DNA from: a bacterium
GTDB lineage: Bacteria > Patescibacteriota > Minisyncoccia > Phycocordibacterales > VMGT01
Length of the DNA stretch: 64,000 nt
Reading direction: 5' to 3'
Assembly (NCBI GenBank): GCA_030697645.1
Contig: JAUYPI010000006.1
Location: forward strand, 76,017-140,016
Positions within the stretch are counted from its first letter, which is position 1. Each line of letters starts with the position of its first letter. Made by a program: the position numbers and the translations under genes. The notes under the pieces are model-generated. The model saw only the letters and a program-made list of their open reading frames with translations, had not been told where the DNA came from and did not search any database. Shown piece by piece: positions 44,185-53,128 of the stretch.

Positions 44185-45204
44185 ATGCTCAAAACAAAAA
44201 TGCAAAAATTAAAATTACAATTCAATATGCAAAATGTGCTTATTGTTGGCCTCTCGTTCGGTGTGGTCGTCTTGCTCGTGGTGACTGCCCGCGCGGAGCA
44301 CCAACGCAGAAAAGAGGTGCTCCTCCAAAAGAGTACGGCGCTTGAGAGCGTGGTTGCTACAACGACCCTCCCGAGTCCTTTTTCCTCTCTCGCGCTTGAT
44401 GCGCGCGCGGCGATTGTCTGGGACGTCGCTCTAGCCCGTCCGCTCTACAGCCGAAATGCCGACGCACAGCTGCCGCTTGCCTCGCTCACGAAGCTCATGA
44501 CCGTGCTTCTCGCGCATGAGCGTATATCGCCTCCGGTGACACTCACCATCGCGCCGTCCGCTCTCGCACCTGAGGGCGACAACGGGCTTTTCCCGGAGGA
44601 AGAGTGGCGGCTACGCGACCTCATAGGCTATACCTTGATCGTTTCCTCAAATGACGGTGCGCGAGCGCTTGCGGCTGCCGCGGGTAGCGTGGGCGGCATG
44701 GTGAGCGGGCCGTCGTCCGAGAGCAAGGCACTCGAGACATTCGTTACGGCAATGAATGAGCGCGCGATAGAGCTCGGGCTTACGCAAACGTACTTTCTCA
44801 ACGAGAGTGGGCTCGACACCTCCGAGGCGGTGAGCGGGGGATACGGATCCGCGCATGACGTTGCGCGGCTCCTCGCCGAAGCGCTCCATGAGATTCCAGC
44901 GGAGCTCGAAATGACACGCACGAAAGCTCTTGCCGTGCGCTCGCTCTCCGGCGTGGTACACGACGCGGAGAACACCAATGAGGTGGTAAACCGCATTCCG
45001 GCTTTGATCGGCGGCAAAACAGGCTACACCGATCTTGCGGGAGGAAACCTCGCCATCGTCTTTGATGCGGGGTTCGCACGGCCAATCGCCGTCGTCGTCC
45101 TGGGCTCAACACAGGCCGGGCGGTTTAGCGACGTCGAGCGGCTTGTGTGGGCGACGCTGGAGTATCTCAAAGTGTGCACCGCAGAACAAACGATATGCAT
45201 ATAA
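44185..45204 (+). CDS. D-alanyl-D-alanine carboxypeptidase (serine-type, PBP5/6 family)
   Basis: SxxK ASLTK. SxN VSSND. KTG GGKTGYTDLAGGN. N-terminal signal anchor. Start uncertain (44185, 44200 or 44227). Confidence 0.7.
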   Translation: MLKTKMQKLKLQFNMQNVLIVGLSFGVVVLLVVTARAEHQRRKEVLLQKSTALESVVATTTLPSPFSSLALDARAAIVWDVALARPLYSRNADAQLPLASLTKLMTVLLAHERISPPVTLTIAPSALAPEGDNGLFPEEEWRLRDLIGYTLIVSSNDGARALAAAAGSVGGMVSGPSSESKALETFVTAMNERAIELGLTQTYFLNESGLDTSEAVSGGYGSAHDVARLLAEALHEIPAELEMTRTKALAVRSLSGVVHDAENTNEVVNRIPALIGGKTGYTDLAGGNLAIVFDAGFARPIAVVVLGSTQAGRFSDVERLVWATLEYLKVCTAEQTICI

Positions 45205-45224
45205 TCCCCGTCAGGGGCATAGGT

Positions 45225-45370
45225 CACCCGCATTAATTTTCAATTTTGCAATTTTCAATGAATTTTCAATGTGTCAATGACTCAATGGCGGACGACGTCG
45301 TGTTTGAAAATTGTGTCATTGCAAAATTGATTGAAAATTGAAAATTGAACATTGGAAATTTCTGACTCAA
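45225..45370. repeat. Intergenic k-mer palindromic element (caaaattgaaaattg family), copy flanking mraY upstream
   Basis: Shares an exact 24-mer cattgcaaaattgattgaaaattg (45317-45340) and the core cgtgtttgaaaattg with the copy at 46486-46650. Confidence 0.7.
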
Positions 45371-45414
45371 ATGGCCACTGATCTCTGGTCTTTCATGCTT
45401 ACTCTTTTGCCCTT

Positions 45415-46485
45415 ATGATAATAAATGTAGCTAAAGTCTTCCTTCCCGCCACCATTGCTTTCGCGATCGGTGTCGTGTTCGCGCCGCTCCTGGCACACTA
45501 CTTATACCGCTTTCGCATGTGGAAGAAGAGTGCGAAAGCGGTAGCGCTCGACGGCCGTGGTACGCCGATCTTTCACTCGCTCCACCGCGATAGGGAAACA
45601 TCGACGCCGAAACTTGGCGGCATCGTGATCTGGGGAAGCACGCTTGTGACAGTACTTCTCATCAGAATTGCCGAAGACGTCATTCCCTCAGCGCTCACGG
45701 CAAAACTTGAGTTCCTCAGTCGTTCGCAGACGTGGCTGCCACTCGTAACACTCCTCGTGGGGGCAACCATCGGTTTTATAGACGACATGCTTGATGTGCG
45801 GGGAGGCGGAAAGTACCTCGCTGGTGGACTTTCGCTCCGGATGCGGCTCGGTATCGTTGCTTTGACCGGACTCATCGGTGGGTGGTGGTTTTTCACGAAA
45901 CTTGGAGTCTCAAGCATCATAGTGCCGTTTGCCGGTGAGGTGATACTCGGCTGGCTCCTCGTGCCGCTCTTCATCATCGTTCTGCTCGCGATCTACTCAG
46001 GCGGCGTCATTGATGGTATTGATGGCCTTGCCGGCGGGGTGTTTGCGGCGATATTCGGCGCGTATGGTGGCATCGCGTTTTTTCAAAACCAGATTGACCT
46101 CGCGGCATTCTCGGCGGTCGTCGTTGGCGGCATTCTTGCTTTTCTCTGGTTTAACATTCCACCTGCTCGATTCTATATGTCCGAGACAGGCACCATGGGG
46201 CTTACCATGACGCTCGCGGTCGTCGCATTTCTCACCAAGGCCGTCGTCGTCTTGCCCATAATCGCTTTTCCGCTGCTTGCCACAACCGCCTCGGACGTGA
46301 TCCAGCTCGCTTCAAAGCGCTTCCGCGGAGGGAGAAAGGTGTTCCTTATCGCGCCAGTGCACCACCACTTCGAAGCCCTCGGCTGGCCGCCGTACAAAGT
46401 GACGATGCGTTACTGGGTGATTTCGGTCATCTGCGCGCTCCTTGGCATGATCGTGGCCCTCGTGGGGAACCAGGTCACGCTTTGA
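45415..46485 (+). CDS. mraY: Phospho-N-acetylmuramoyl-pentapeptide transferase
   Basis: Polytopic membrane protein with a DD-containing cytoplasmic loop IDDMLDVRGG and HHHFE. Confidence 0.85.
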   Translation: MIINVAKVFLPATIAFAIGVVFAPLLAHYLYRFRMWKKSAKAVALDGRGTPIFHSLHRDRETSTPKLGGIVIWGSTLVTVLLIRIAEDVIPSALTAKLEFLSRSQTWLPLVTLLVGATIGFIDDMLDVRGGGKYLAGGLSLRMRLGIVALTGLIGGWWFFTKLGVSSIIVPFAGEVILGWLLVPLFIIVLLAIYSGGVIDGIDGLAGGVFAAIFGAYGGIAFFQNQIDLAAFSAVVVGGILAFLWFNIPPARFYMSETGTMGLTMTLAVVAFLTKAVVVLPIIAFPLLATTASDVIQLASKRFRGGRKVFLIAPVHHHFEALGWPPYKVTMRYWVISVICALLGMIVALVGNQVTL

Positions 46486-46650
46486 ATTTTCAATTTTCAA
46501 TGCTCAATTTTCAATAAATTTTCAATCCGCCAGCTGGCGGACCCAATGGCTCAATGACGAATCACGGACGAACGTCAGCGTGTTTGAAAATTGATTCATT
46601 GCAAAATTGATTGAAAATTGGAAAATTGATAATTGAAAATTCAGACTCGA
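46486..46650. repeat. Intergenic k-mer palindromic element (caaaattgaaaattg family), copy flanking mraY downstream
   Basis: 24-mer cattgcaaaattgattgaaaattg at 46597-46620. Arms gaattttcaattttcaatgctcaattttcaat / attgaaaattggaaaattgataattgaaaattc. Confidence 0.7.
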
Positions 46651-46707
46651 TATTTTACGTTTTACGCACAGCAGTTTTGGTGTTTTGAATCTTATCGAGT
46701 CCACTTT

Positions 46708-47814
46708 ATGCCCCGTCTCACCTTCGCCAAACCCGACTCTTTTTTCATCGCGATTCTTGTCTCGCTTACGCTCGCGGGCTTTTTCATATTTATTTCGGCT
46801 TCCCTCGGGCTTCTCGCGCGAGGAGGTGCTCCATTTGGAGCGGCGATAGTAAAGCAGCTTCTGCTCGGCATCGTAGTTGGTGGTGGGTGTTCTCTCGCCG
46901 CCACATACACCCCCTACGAGCGTTGGCGCAGATACTCCCCCTGGCTTTTTTTGGCCGCGCTTATTATCACCGCCCTCGTGTTTGTGCCCGGCGTCGGCTT
47001 TGAGCACGGCGGCGCACGGCGATGGATCGCCGTCGGCCCGCTGTCTTTTCAACCGGCAGAATTTTTGAAGTTCGCGTTCGTGCTCTACGCTGCGGCGTGG
47101 CTCGCCGCCCTCGACGAGCGGGGCAGGAAAACGGCCTTTGCTATGCTGCCGGTCTTTCTTATGCTCGCGGCGGTGGGAACGCTGCTCATTGCACAGCCGA
47201 ATACGAGCACGCTCGTCGTTATCATCGTTGCGGTTGCAGGAATGTGTATCGTTGCCGGTGTGCGCGCGCGTGACCTTGCGGCGCTTGCGGGTGTCGCGGC
47301 TGTAGGTATTATCGCGCTCATCATGCTGCGCCCCTATCTCTACGAGAGAATTCAGACGTTCCTTGATCCGTCCCGCGACGCGCTCGGCGCAAGCTATCAG
47401 ATTCAACAGTCCCTGATCGCGGTCGGGAGCGGCGGCGTCTTTGGCCGCGGCTTCGGGCAGAGCGTGCAAAAATTTGAGTATCTCCCCGAACCGATCGGCG
47501 ATTCCATCTTTGCGGTCGCAGCCGAGGAGTTCGGTTTTATCGGCGCGCTCATTTTGATTCTACTTTTCCTCGCTCTCGCCCTGCGCGGATTTCGAATCGC
47601 GGCGCATGCACCGGACAATTTTGGCTCCCTCGTCGTTACCGGCTTCATCATCCTCATCGTTTCGCAGTCATTTATGAATATCGGCGCCATGCTCGCCGTC
47701 TTGCCGCTCACCGGCACGCCGCTTATTTTCGTTTCAAAGGGCGGTACCGCCCTCTTGTTCGCGCTCGCCGAAGCAGGCATAATTGTTAATGTGTCGAGAC
47801 GTGCGAGAGGGTAG
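46708..47814 (+). CDS. ftsW: SEDS-family peptidoglycan polymerase FtsW/RodA
   Basis: About 10 TM helices. Conserved PEPIGDSIFAV and GxSQ regions. Start at MPRLTFAKPDSFF. Confidence 0.75.
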   Translation: MPRLTFAKPDSFFIAILVSLTLAGFFIFISASLGLLARGGAPFGAAIVKQLLLGIVVGGGCSLAATYTPYERWRRYSPWLFLAALIITALVFVPGVGFEHGGARRWIAVGPLSFQPAEFLKFAFVLYAAAWLAALDERGRKTAFAMLPVFLMLAAVGTLLIAQPNTSTLVVIIVAVAGMCIVAGVRARDLAALAGVAAVGIIALIMLRPYLYERIQTFLDPSRDALGASYQIQQSLIAVGSGGVFGRGFGQSVQKFEYLPEPIGDSIFAVAAEEFGFIGALILILLFLALALRGFRIAAHAPDNFGSLVVTGFIILIVSQSFMNIGAMLAVLPLTGTPLIFVSKGGTALLFALAEAGIIVNVSRRARG

Positions 47815-47890
47815 AGGATAGAAAGTGGAGAGTGGATTTTTTACTCCCACACTCTACATTCTACTTTCCACTCTCTACTTTCCACTTTCC
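47815..47890. repeat. Intergenic k-mer palindromic element (ggaaagtgg / ccactttcc family)
   Basis: agaaagtggagagtggatttttt actcccacactctacattctactttccactctctactttccactttcc. Confidence 0.55.
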
Positions 47891-47894
47891 AACC

Positions 47895-49034
47895 ATGAAA
47901 ATTTTATTCACCGGCGGCGGTACTGGCGGGCACTTTTATCCCATTGTAGCTATTGCGGAGGAGATAGACCGTCTCGTCGAAGAGCGCAAGCTCGTCGGCG
48001 TCGAGAAGCACTACATGGCTGCGGAGTCCTATGACGCAGGCCTCCTCCTCGAGCGTGATATCACTTTTCACCACGTGAGTGCGGGCAAAGTGCGGGCGTA
48101 CTTTTCGCCTCTCAATTTCCTCGACATTTTTAAGACTACTGCTGGGCTGCTTCGGGCGATCGTGCGGCTCTACTTTCTTTTTCCCGACATTATCTTCGGC
48201 AAAGGAGGCAGCGAGAGCTTCCCCGCGCTTTTTGCGGCGCGTGTTCTTGGTATTCCAGTGATGATTCACGAATCCGATACCGTGCCGGGAAGGGTCAACC
48301 GCTGGGCAGCGAAGTTCGCGCTTCGCATCGGACTCGGCTTTCCCGAGGCAGCAGCGCATTTCAAAACGATAGATAAGAAAAAAATCGCGCACACCGGCAT
48401 CCCGGTGCGGCGCGAGCTCTTTCACCCCGAGCGCGAGGGCGCACAGGAGTTTCTGCACCTTGAAGCCGGTATTCCTGTGCTTCTCGTCCTCGGTGGCTCG
48501 CAGGGCGCTATGGCGCTGAATGAGCGCGTACTCGACGCCCTGCCGCGTCTTGTCGAGCACTATCAGGTGATCCATCAGACGGGCACGGCAAACATTGAAG
48601 AGTGTACGCGCCTTGCCGCGCTTGTGCTTGAGGGAAGCGAGCAGAGGACGCGCTATCATCCATTCGGCTTTTTCAAAACGCTTGCGCTGAAACAGGCCGC
48701 CGGGGCAGCCGATCTCCTGCTCTGCCGCGCTGGCGCGACAACGATTGCAGAGGCGGCGCTCTGGGGCCTGCCTGCGATCGTCGTGCCGCTCCCGAGAGCC
48801 AAAGGCGACCATCAGCGCGAGAATGCCTTTGCCTATGCCCGCACCGGCGCTGCGGTCGTGATCGAGGAGGCGAATCTAACCAGCACGATTCTCCTTCAGG
48901 AAACTGACCGACTGATGGGCAATGTCACCGAACGTGAACGCATGCGGAATGCTGCGCGTGCCTTCGCCCGTCCCGACGCCGCCTCGCTCATCGCGGACGA
49001 GCTCCTCCGCCTTGGCCTCAAGCACGAAGGGTAA
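47895..49034 (+). CDS. murG: UDP-N-acetylglucosamine--N-acetylmuramyl-(pentapeptide) pyrophosphoryl-undecaprenol N-acetylglucosamine transferase
   Basis: GGGTGGHFYPIVA N-terminal G-loop and a C-terminal GT-B domain. Confidence 0.8.
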   Translation: MKILFTGGGTGGHFYPIVAIAEEIDRLVEERKLVGVEKHYMAAESYDAGLLLERDITFHHVSAGKVRAYFSPLNFLDIFKTTAGLLRAIVRLYFLFPDIIFGKGGSESFPALFAARVLGIPVMIHESDTVPGRVNRWAAKFALRIGLGFPEAAAHFKTIDKKKIAHTGIPVRRELFHPEREGAQEFLHLEAGIPVLLVLGGSQGAMALNERVLDALPRLVEHYQVIHQTGTANIEECTRLAALVLEGSEQRTRYHPFGFFKTLALKQAAGAADLLLCRAGATTIAEAALWGLPAIVVPLPRAKGDHQRENAFAYARTGAAVVIEEANLTSTILLQETDRLMGNVTERERMRNAARAFARPDAASLIADELLRLGLKHEG

Positions 49035-49039
49035 TTTTT

Positions 49040-49130
49040 GATAACGACGGGTTTTGGAATTTTACTTGTTGTTTTACGTTGTTGTTTTGCGCTTTTCGTT
49101 TTGCGTTTTGCATTTTCTGATATAGAGTCA
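49040..49130. repeat. k-mer low-complexity tract (gttttgcg/ttgttttac units) upstream of tRNA-Glu
   Basis: ttttacttgttgttttacgttgttgttttgcgcttttcgttttgcgttttgc. Confidence 0.4.
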
Positions 49131-49137
49131 ATCTCAC

Positions 49138-49209
49138 GGCCCTATCGTCTAATGGCCAGGACGCTACCCTCTCACGGTAGAAATCGGGGTTCGACTCCCC
49201 GTAGGGTCA
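49138..49209 (+). tRNA. tRNA-Glu (anticodon CTC)
   Basis: Acceptor GGCCCTA/TAGGGTC (one G-U). D-loop TCTAATGGCCAGGAC typical of tRNA-Glu. Anticodon stem CTACC/GGTAG with loop CTCTCAC. T-arm GGGGTTCGACTCCCC. Confidence 0.7.
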
Positions 49210-49288
49210 TTGCGGAGAAAACAAATATGTGCTACCATTTTCTTGGTGAACGGCTCTTTGTTTTTGTGTTGAAGGAAAAAAGGAGTAA

Positions 49289-50341
49289 GTGATGCCTCGT
49301 GTAGCAATTTTTGGTTGCGGGGACGCGGGAGAACTAAATTTTTGTGGGCTTAAACTCGCAGGATTTGACCCCGTTGTACTATGTGATGAGGACCCGAGTG
49401 TTCTCCAGAAAACACACTGGGCTCCTAAAAACGTCGCCCGATGTACTACAAAAAATGTAGGTACGATTTATGGGAGTGAGGACGTCGATCTCGTCGTCGT
49501 TGGAACGCCTGACCATACTCACCTTCCTGTCGCCAGTGCTGCACTAGCGGCTGGAAAATACGTATGGGTTGAGAAGCCACTCGCAACGGCAACCCAAGAC
49601 ATAGAAATGTTTGCGCATCTCGCGCACACATATCCTGGCAGGCTGCTCTTCAGCGAGACATTCACCTATCAAGCGCAGATCCAAGCAACAATACTGAATC
49701 TCGGCGAACTTGGTGGTCTACAGGGGGGGCAAACGTCATACACGATGTGGAACTGCGACCGCATTATGGGTGGCGGCAAGTGGCGCACAGAAACCCGTTA
49801 CAACCCCTGCGCCGGCGGCCTCAGCCATAACTTCATGGTACTGCGGTTACTTGCGGCATCGCCTTTCGTGCGCGTGTGCAGCCGAGGCCAGGTTCTCACA
49901 TATCACGAGCTCGGGAAACACGGCGGTTTTGATACCATGCACGGACTGCTCGAGACCGCTGCCGGACAGCTCTTTTCGTGGTACATCTGCCTTGCGACTA
50001 AAGGACCGAATAGCCCGATGGCGCACAGGACAGCGCACTTTATGCTCCAGTTTGAGTGCGGTGCGCTCATCTACGGCCATGAACCAGAGCACGACCGGCT
50101 CATCGTCAATGGAGAAAGTGCCTACTTCGCCCAGGAGGCGGAGGCGGTGTCGTGGCGCAGCTACTACAAGGAGATATGCTACCGCCGGATGCATGAAGAC
50201 ACTCTCAGGGCGATGCGTGGTGAACCAACGTTACATACTATCTGGCACGGCATTAATGTTGCAGCTGCCTGTGCCTCTGCTTTTGAATCTGCCCACCAAA
50301 ACGGCATCTGGCTCGATATTCCACAAGTATTGCAAGGGTAA
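49289..50341 (+). CDS. Gfo/Idh/MocA-family NAD(P)-dependent oxidoreductase
   Basis: N-terminal Rossmann VAIFGCGDAG...LVVVGTPDHTHLPVASAALAAGKYVWVEKP. Confidence 0.6.
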   Translation: MMPRVAIFGCGDAGELNFCGLKLAGFDPVVLCDEDPSVLQKTHWAPKNVARCTTKNVGTIYGSEDVDLVVVGTPDHTHLPVASAALAAGKYVWVEKPLATATQDIEMFAHLAHTYPGRLLFSETFTYQAQIQATILNLGELGGLQGGQTSYTMWNCDRIMGGGKWRTETRYNPCAGGLSHNFMVLRLLAASPFVRVCSRGQVLTYHELGKHGGFDTMHGLLETAAGQLFSWYICLATKGPNSPMAHRTAHFMLQFECGALIYGHEPEHDRLIVNGESAYFAQEAEAVSWRSYYKEICYRRMHEDTLRAMRGEPTLHTIWHGINVAAACASAFESAHQNGIWLDIPQVLQG

Positions 50342-50408
50342 AGATCGCTTCGTCTACAAAAGCCGCTCACACACTTGTGTATGAGCGGCTATCTATACGT
50401 ACAGGTTT

Positions 50409-50882
50409 TCAGAATAACCGAGACACGCCGATGAATAAATACCCCGTGGCGAAAAGATAGATAACCATCTTCGCCATATTGTAGATTCGTCCTCCCCTCA
50501 CGCCACTCTCGTATGCAAGAGCAATACGAAATGGGTTCGCGTCGCGATCAAGAGCGGTCCAAACGAATTGATCTGCCCTATCCGTTTGCATACCAATAAG
50601 AACCCATCCCTCTCTCGTGATGACCCACCATATCGCGCACAGGAGCAGCCCAAAAGACATACCGAAACCTACCTCCATAGCGGTGCGCACTCCGCCCGCA
50701 AGGAATCCAAAAATCACCGCATTGGCGATGAGCATGACGTTATACCGCTGCCAGATCGCTTGCCGTTCCGAGTTGATAAGCGCCGTATGGGCGGTGAAAA
50801 GACCGGTAAGCGAGATGTCGGAATACTGTTCCGTCGCTTGCGGCGCGGTAGGCCGCACCGAATACTCTTGCGCTTCCGCCAT
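50409..50882 (-). CDS. Hypothetical membrane protein (157 aa)
   Basis: Three predicted TM helices. No recognisable motif. Confidence 0.4.
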   Translation of the reverse strand: MAEAQEYSVRPTAPQATEQYSDISLTGLFTAHTALINSERQAIWQRYNVMLIANAVIFGFLAGGVRTAMEVGFGMSFGLLLCAIWWVITREGWVLIGMQTDRADQFVWTALDRDANPFRIALAYESGVRGGRIYNMAKMVIYLFATGYLFIGVSRLF

Positions 50883-51395
50883 AGCGTCCCCCCCCCGCTG
50901 CTGTTTTTAGTCGTTCAATGCTACGATGAACATCAGTAACTCCACTATGCATACATTATATCCGGCTGTATTGCAAATCGCACGGTGCGAACTCATTCTG
51001 TTTTATTAGTTCGATTACACACTAATTACAAAAAGAAATGGCCAAAGAACGAGAGTCTAAGTAATCAGAAATAATATTGTTTCAAAAGAGACTGCGTCGG
51101 AACTTCAGCGGATTATCCGTGATGAGCATGGAAAAGAACTTACGAATGCAGAGACGCACCAAGCTGCTAGCAACATGGTCAATCTTTACTGCTTGCTCTG
51201 GATGATAGACCAGTGGAGTGGTACGGAGAGAGTCTGCTCAATCCCTCAAAAAGCTCGATAAGGGGTTTTGAATTCTGTCTTGTTAGGGTCATACGAAAAA
51301 AGAGACGTCGACCGTCTCTTTTTTCGTATACCGGTGGCGAGCCGTGTGTGGATAAACTTTTTCTCGCTCAATGGCAACGTGGTAGTATTTGAGGC

Positions 51396-52070
51396 ATGGC
51401 AGAGACGGTACCGGTGTTTACCATCAAAGAGTCGCTTCGCTTCGGCTGGGAGACGACGAAGGCGAATCTTACGTTTCTCGCGGGGACGTTTCTTGTCTCG
51501 ATCGCGCCGTCGATTGCAGGCGAGGCGCTGGGGCTCGACGAGCGGGACGGCATTATACCGGCACTTTTCGTGATCGCGGCGGTTGTGGTGCAAGCCGGGC
51601 TCGGGCTCGGTCTTACGAAAATCCATTTGCGGTTTGCCCGCGGCGAGATAGCAGAATGGCGAGATCTATTTTCATGCGGCCACTTGCTGCTACCGTATCT
51701 CGGCGCCGCGATTCTCTACGGCCTCGTCGTCGTCTTTGGCCTCATCCTTCTCATTGTTCCGGGCGTCATCTGGTCCGTTAAATACGGCTTGTATTTTTAT
51801 GTGTTGCTCGACGAGCATGCGCCGCCGTTTGTTTCGCTCCAGCGCAGCGCGGAGATCACGAAAGGCGTGCGATGGCAACTTTTCCTCTTTGCCCTTATCC
51901 TCGGGCTTGTCAATGTCGCCGGGGCGTTTGCATTCGGTGTCGGCCTTCTCATCACCGTACCGGTAACAGCGATCGCTGGCGCGTATGTATATATCAAGCT
52001 GCGCGAGCGGCTCGTGCCAGCCGCCGAGCCGCCAGAACAGCACGCGGTTGTACCGGTTGAACCAGGATAG
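51396..52070 (+). CDS. Polytopic membrane protein (DUF975-like)
   Basis: Multiple TM helices and a Pro/Glu-rich C-terminus. Immediately upstream of atpG. Confidence 0.45.
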   Translation: MAETVPVFTIKESLRFGWETTKANLTFLAGTFLVSIAPSIAGEALGLDERDGIIPALFVIAAVVVQAGLGLGLTKIHLRFARGEIAEWRDLFSCGHLLLPYLGAAILYGLVVVFGLILLIVPGVIWSVKYGLYFYVLLDEHAPPFVSLQRSAEITKGVRWQLFLFALILGLVNVAGAFAFGVGLLITVPVTAIAGAYVYIKLRERLVPAAEPPEQHAVVPVEPG

Positions 52071-52077
52071 CTGCGCC

Positions 52078-52143
52078 AAGCTGCATCAGGGCGTGCATTG
52101 AGCGCGATATTAGGGTAACTTATTTATGGACGGGGCCTAAGCA
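52078..52143 (+). repeat. Conserved ~65-bp upstream element, copy 2 (5' of atpG)
   Basis: aagctgcatcagggcgtgcattgagcgcgatattagggtaacttatttatggacgg; see 32328-32393. Confidence 0.5.
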
Positions 52144-52200
52144 CACCCCCGCCGCTTATTGCGAGGCAGTGTGGAGCTAATTTACAGACCCTCTTAACCT

Positions 52201-53121
52201 ATGTCCTCCGGCAAACAATTGAAAACGCGCATCAGGTCAGTCGGTAACATTCGCAAGATTACGAAGGCGATGGAGCTTGTCTCTGTCTCCAAAATGAAGC
52301 GAGCTGTTGATGCTCTGCTCCGCACCCGTCCCTACGCTGAGGGCGCGTGGGAAGTGCTGCGCGACCTCAGAGCGGTGGCGCTCGGAGAGAGGCATCCCTT
52401 GCTTGGCGAGGAGCGGGAGTTGAAACGCGCGCTCGTCCTGCTCACGACATCCGACCGCGGCCTCTGCGCCAACTTTAACAGCGCGGTGCTCGGGAGAGTT
52501 GAGAAATTTTTGGCCGAGTTGCCGGAGGGCGCGAGTGCTGATATCGTGACTCTTGGGAAGCGCGGGCGGGAGGCCGCGGCGCGGAGGGGCTGGAATCTTG
52601 TTGCTTCGTTTGACCACCTCTCGGTGCTTCCGAGCGCCGAGGATATAGAGCCAATCGCGACTCTCCTCACGCGCGGTTTTATCGAGGGACGCTACGACCA
52701 CATCTATATCGTCTTTACGGATTTTGTCTCAGCGATTCGTCAAGAGGTGGCGCTTGAGCAGCTTTTGCCGCTCCACGAGAACGCGCGGCTTGGCGCGGCA
52801 TGGCGCGTCGGGGAGGGCGCGGTGAACACCACGCGCGCTCTCGCGCGCGAGCGCTTGCGCAGAATCGAGTTCCTGTTTGAACCGTCGGGGAAAGCGGTGT
52901 TTGAGTATGTACTGCCGCGGCTCGTTTCCGTGCAGATTTTTCAGGGCATCCTCGAGTCAATAGCGTCTGAGCACGCCGCACGCCGGCTCGCGATGAAGAA
53001 CGCGACCGACGCCGCGGCGGACATCGTTCGCGACGTCACGTTTACATTCAACCAGATGCGCCAGTCCGCGATCACGCAGGAAATCGCGGAAATCTCGACC
53101 GGAGCGATGATGACGAGGTAG
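52201..53121 (+). CDS. atpG: F0F1 ATP synthase subunit gamma
   Basis: MSSGKQLKTRIRSVGNIRKITKAMELVSVSKMKRA N-terminus. C-terminal ...MRQSAITQEIAEISTGAMM. Confidence 0.8.
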   Translation: MSSGKQLKTRIRSVGNIRKITKAMELVSVSKMKRAVDALLRTRPYAEGAWEVLRDLRAVALGERHPLLGEERELKRALVLLTTSDRGLCANFNSAVLGRVEKFLAELPEGASADIVTLGKRGREAAARRGWNLVASFDHLSVLPSAEDIEPIATLLTRGFIEGRYDHIYIVFTDFVSAIRQEVALEQLLPLHENARLGAAWRVGEGAVNTTRALARERLRRIEFLFEPSGKAVFEYVLPRLVSVQIFQGILESIASEHAARRLAMKNATDAAADIVRDVTFTFNQMRQSAITQEIAEISTGAMMTR

Positions 53122-53128
53122 GATTTTC

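Noticed and set aside
43401-44225. 274-aa minus-strand ORF over the ABC permease
   Set aside because: Antisense shadow ORF with a Arg/Glu/His-rich low-complexity translation. The permease on the plus strand has clear TM helices.
46522-47469. 315-aa minus-strand ORF over ftsW
   Set aside because: Antisense shadow ORF. ftsW on the plus strand is well supported.
37555-49130. k-mer repeat tracts as CRISPR arrays
   Set aside because: Units are 6-16 bp, irregular, with no constant repeat/unique-spacer alternation and no cas genes. The arrays are mirrored, palindromic, not direct.
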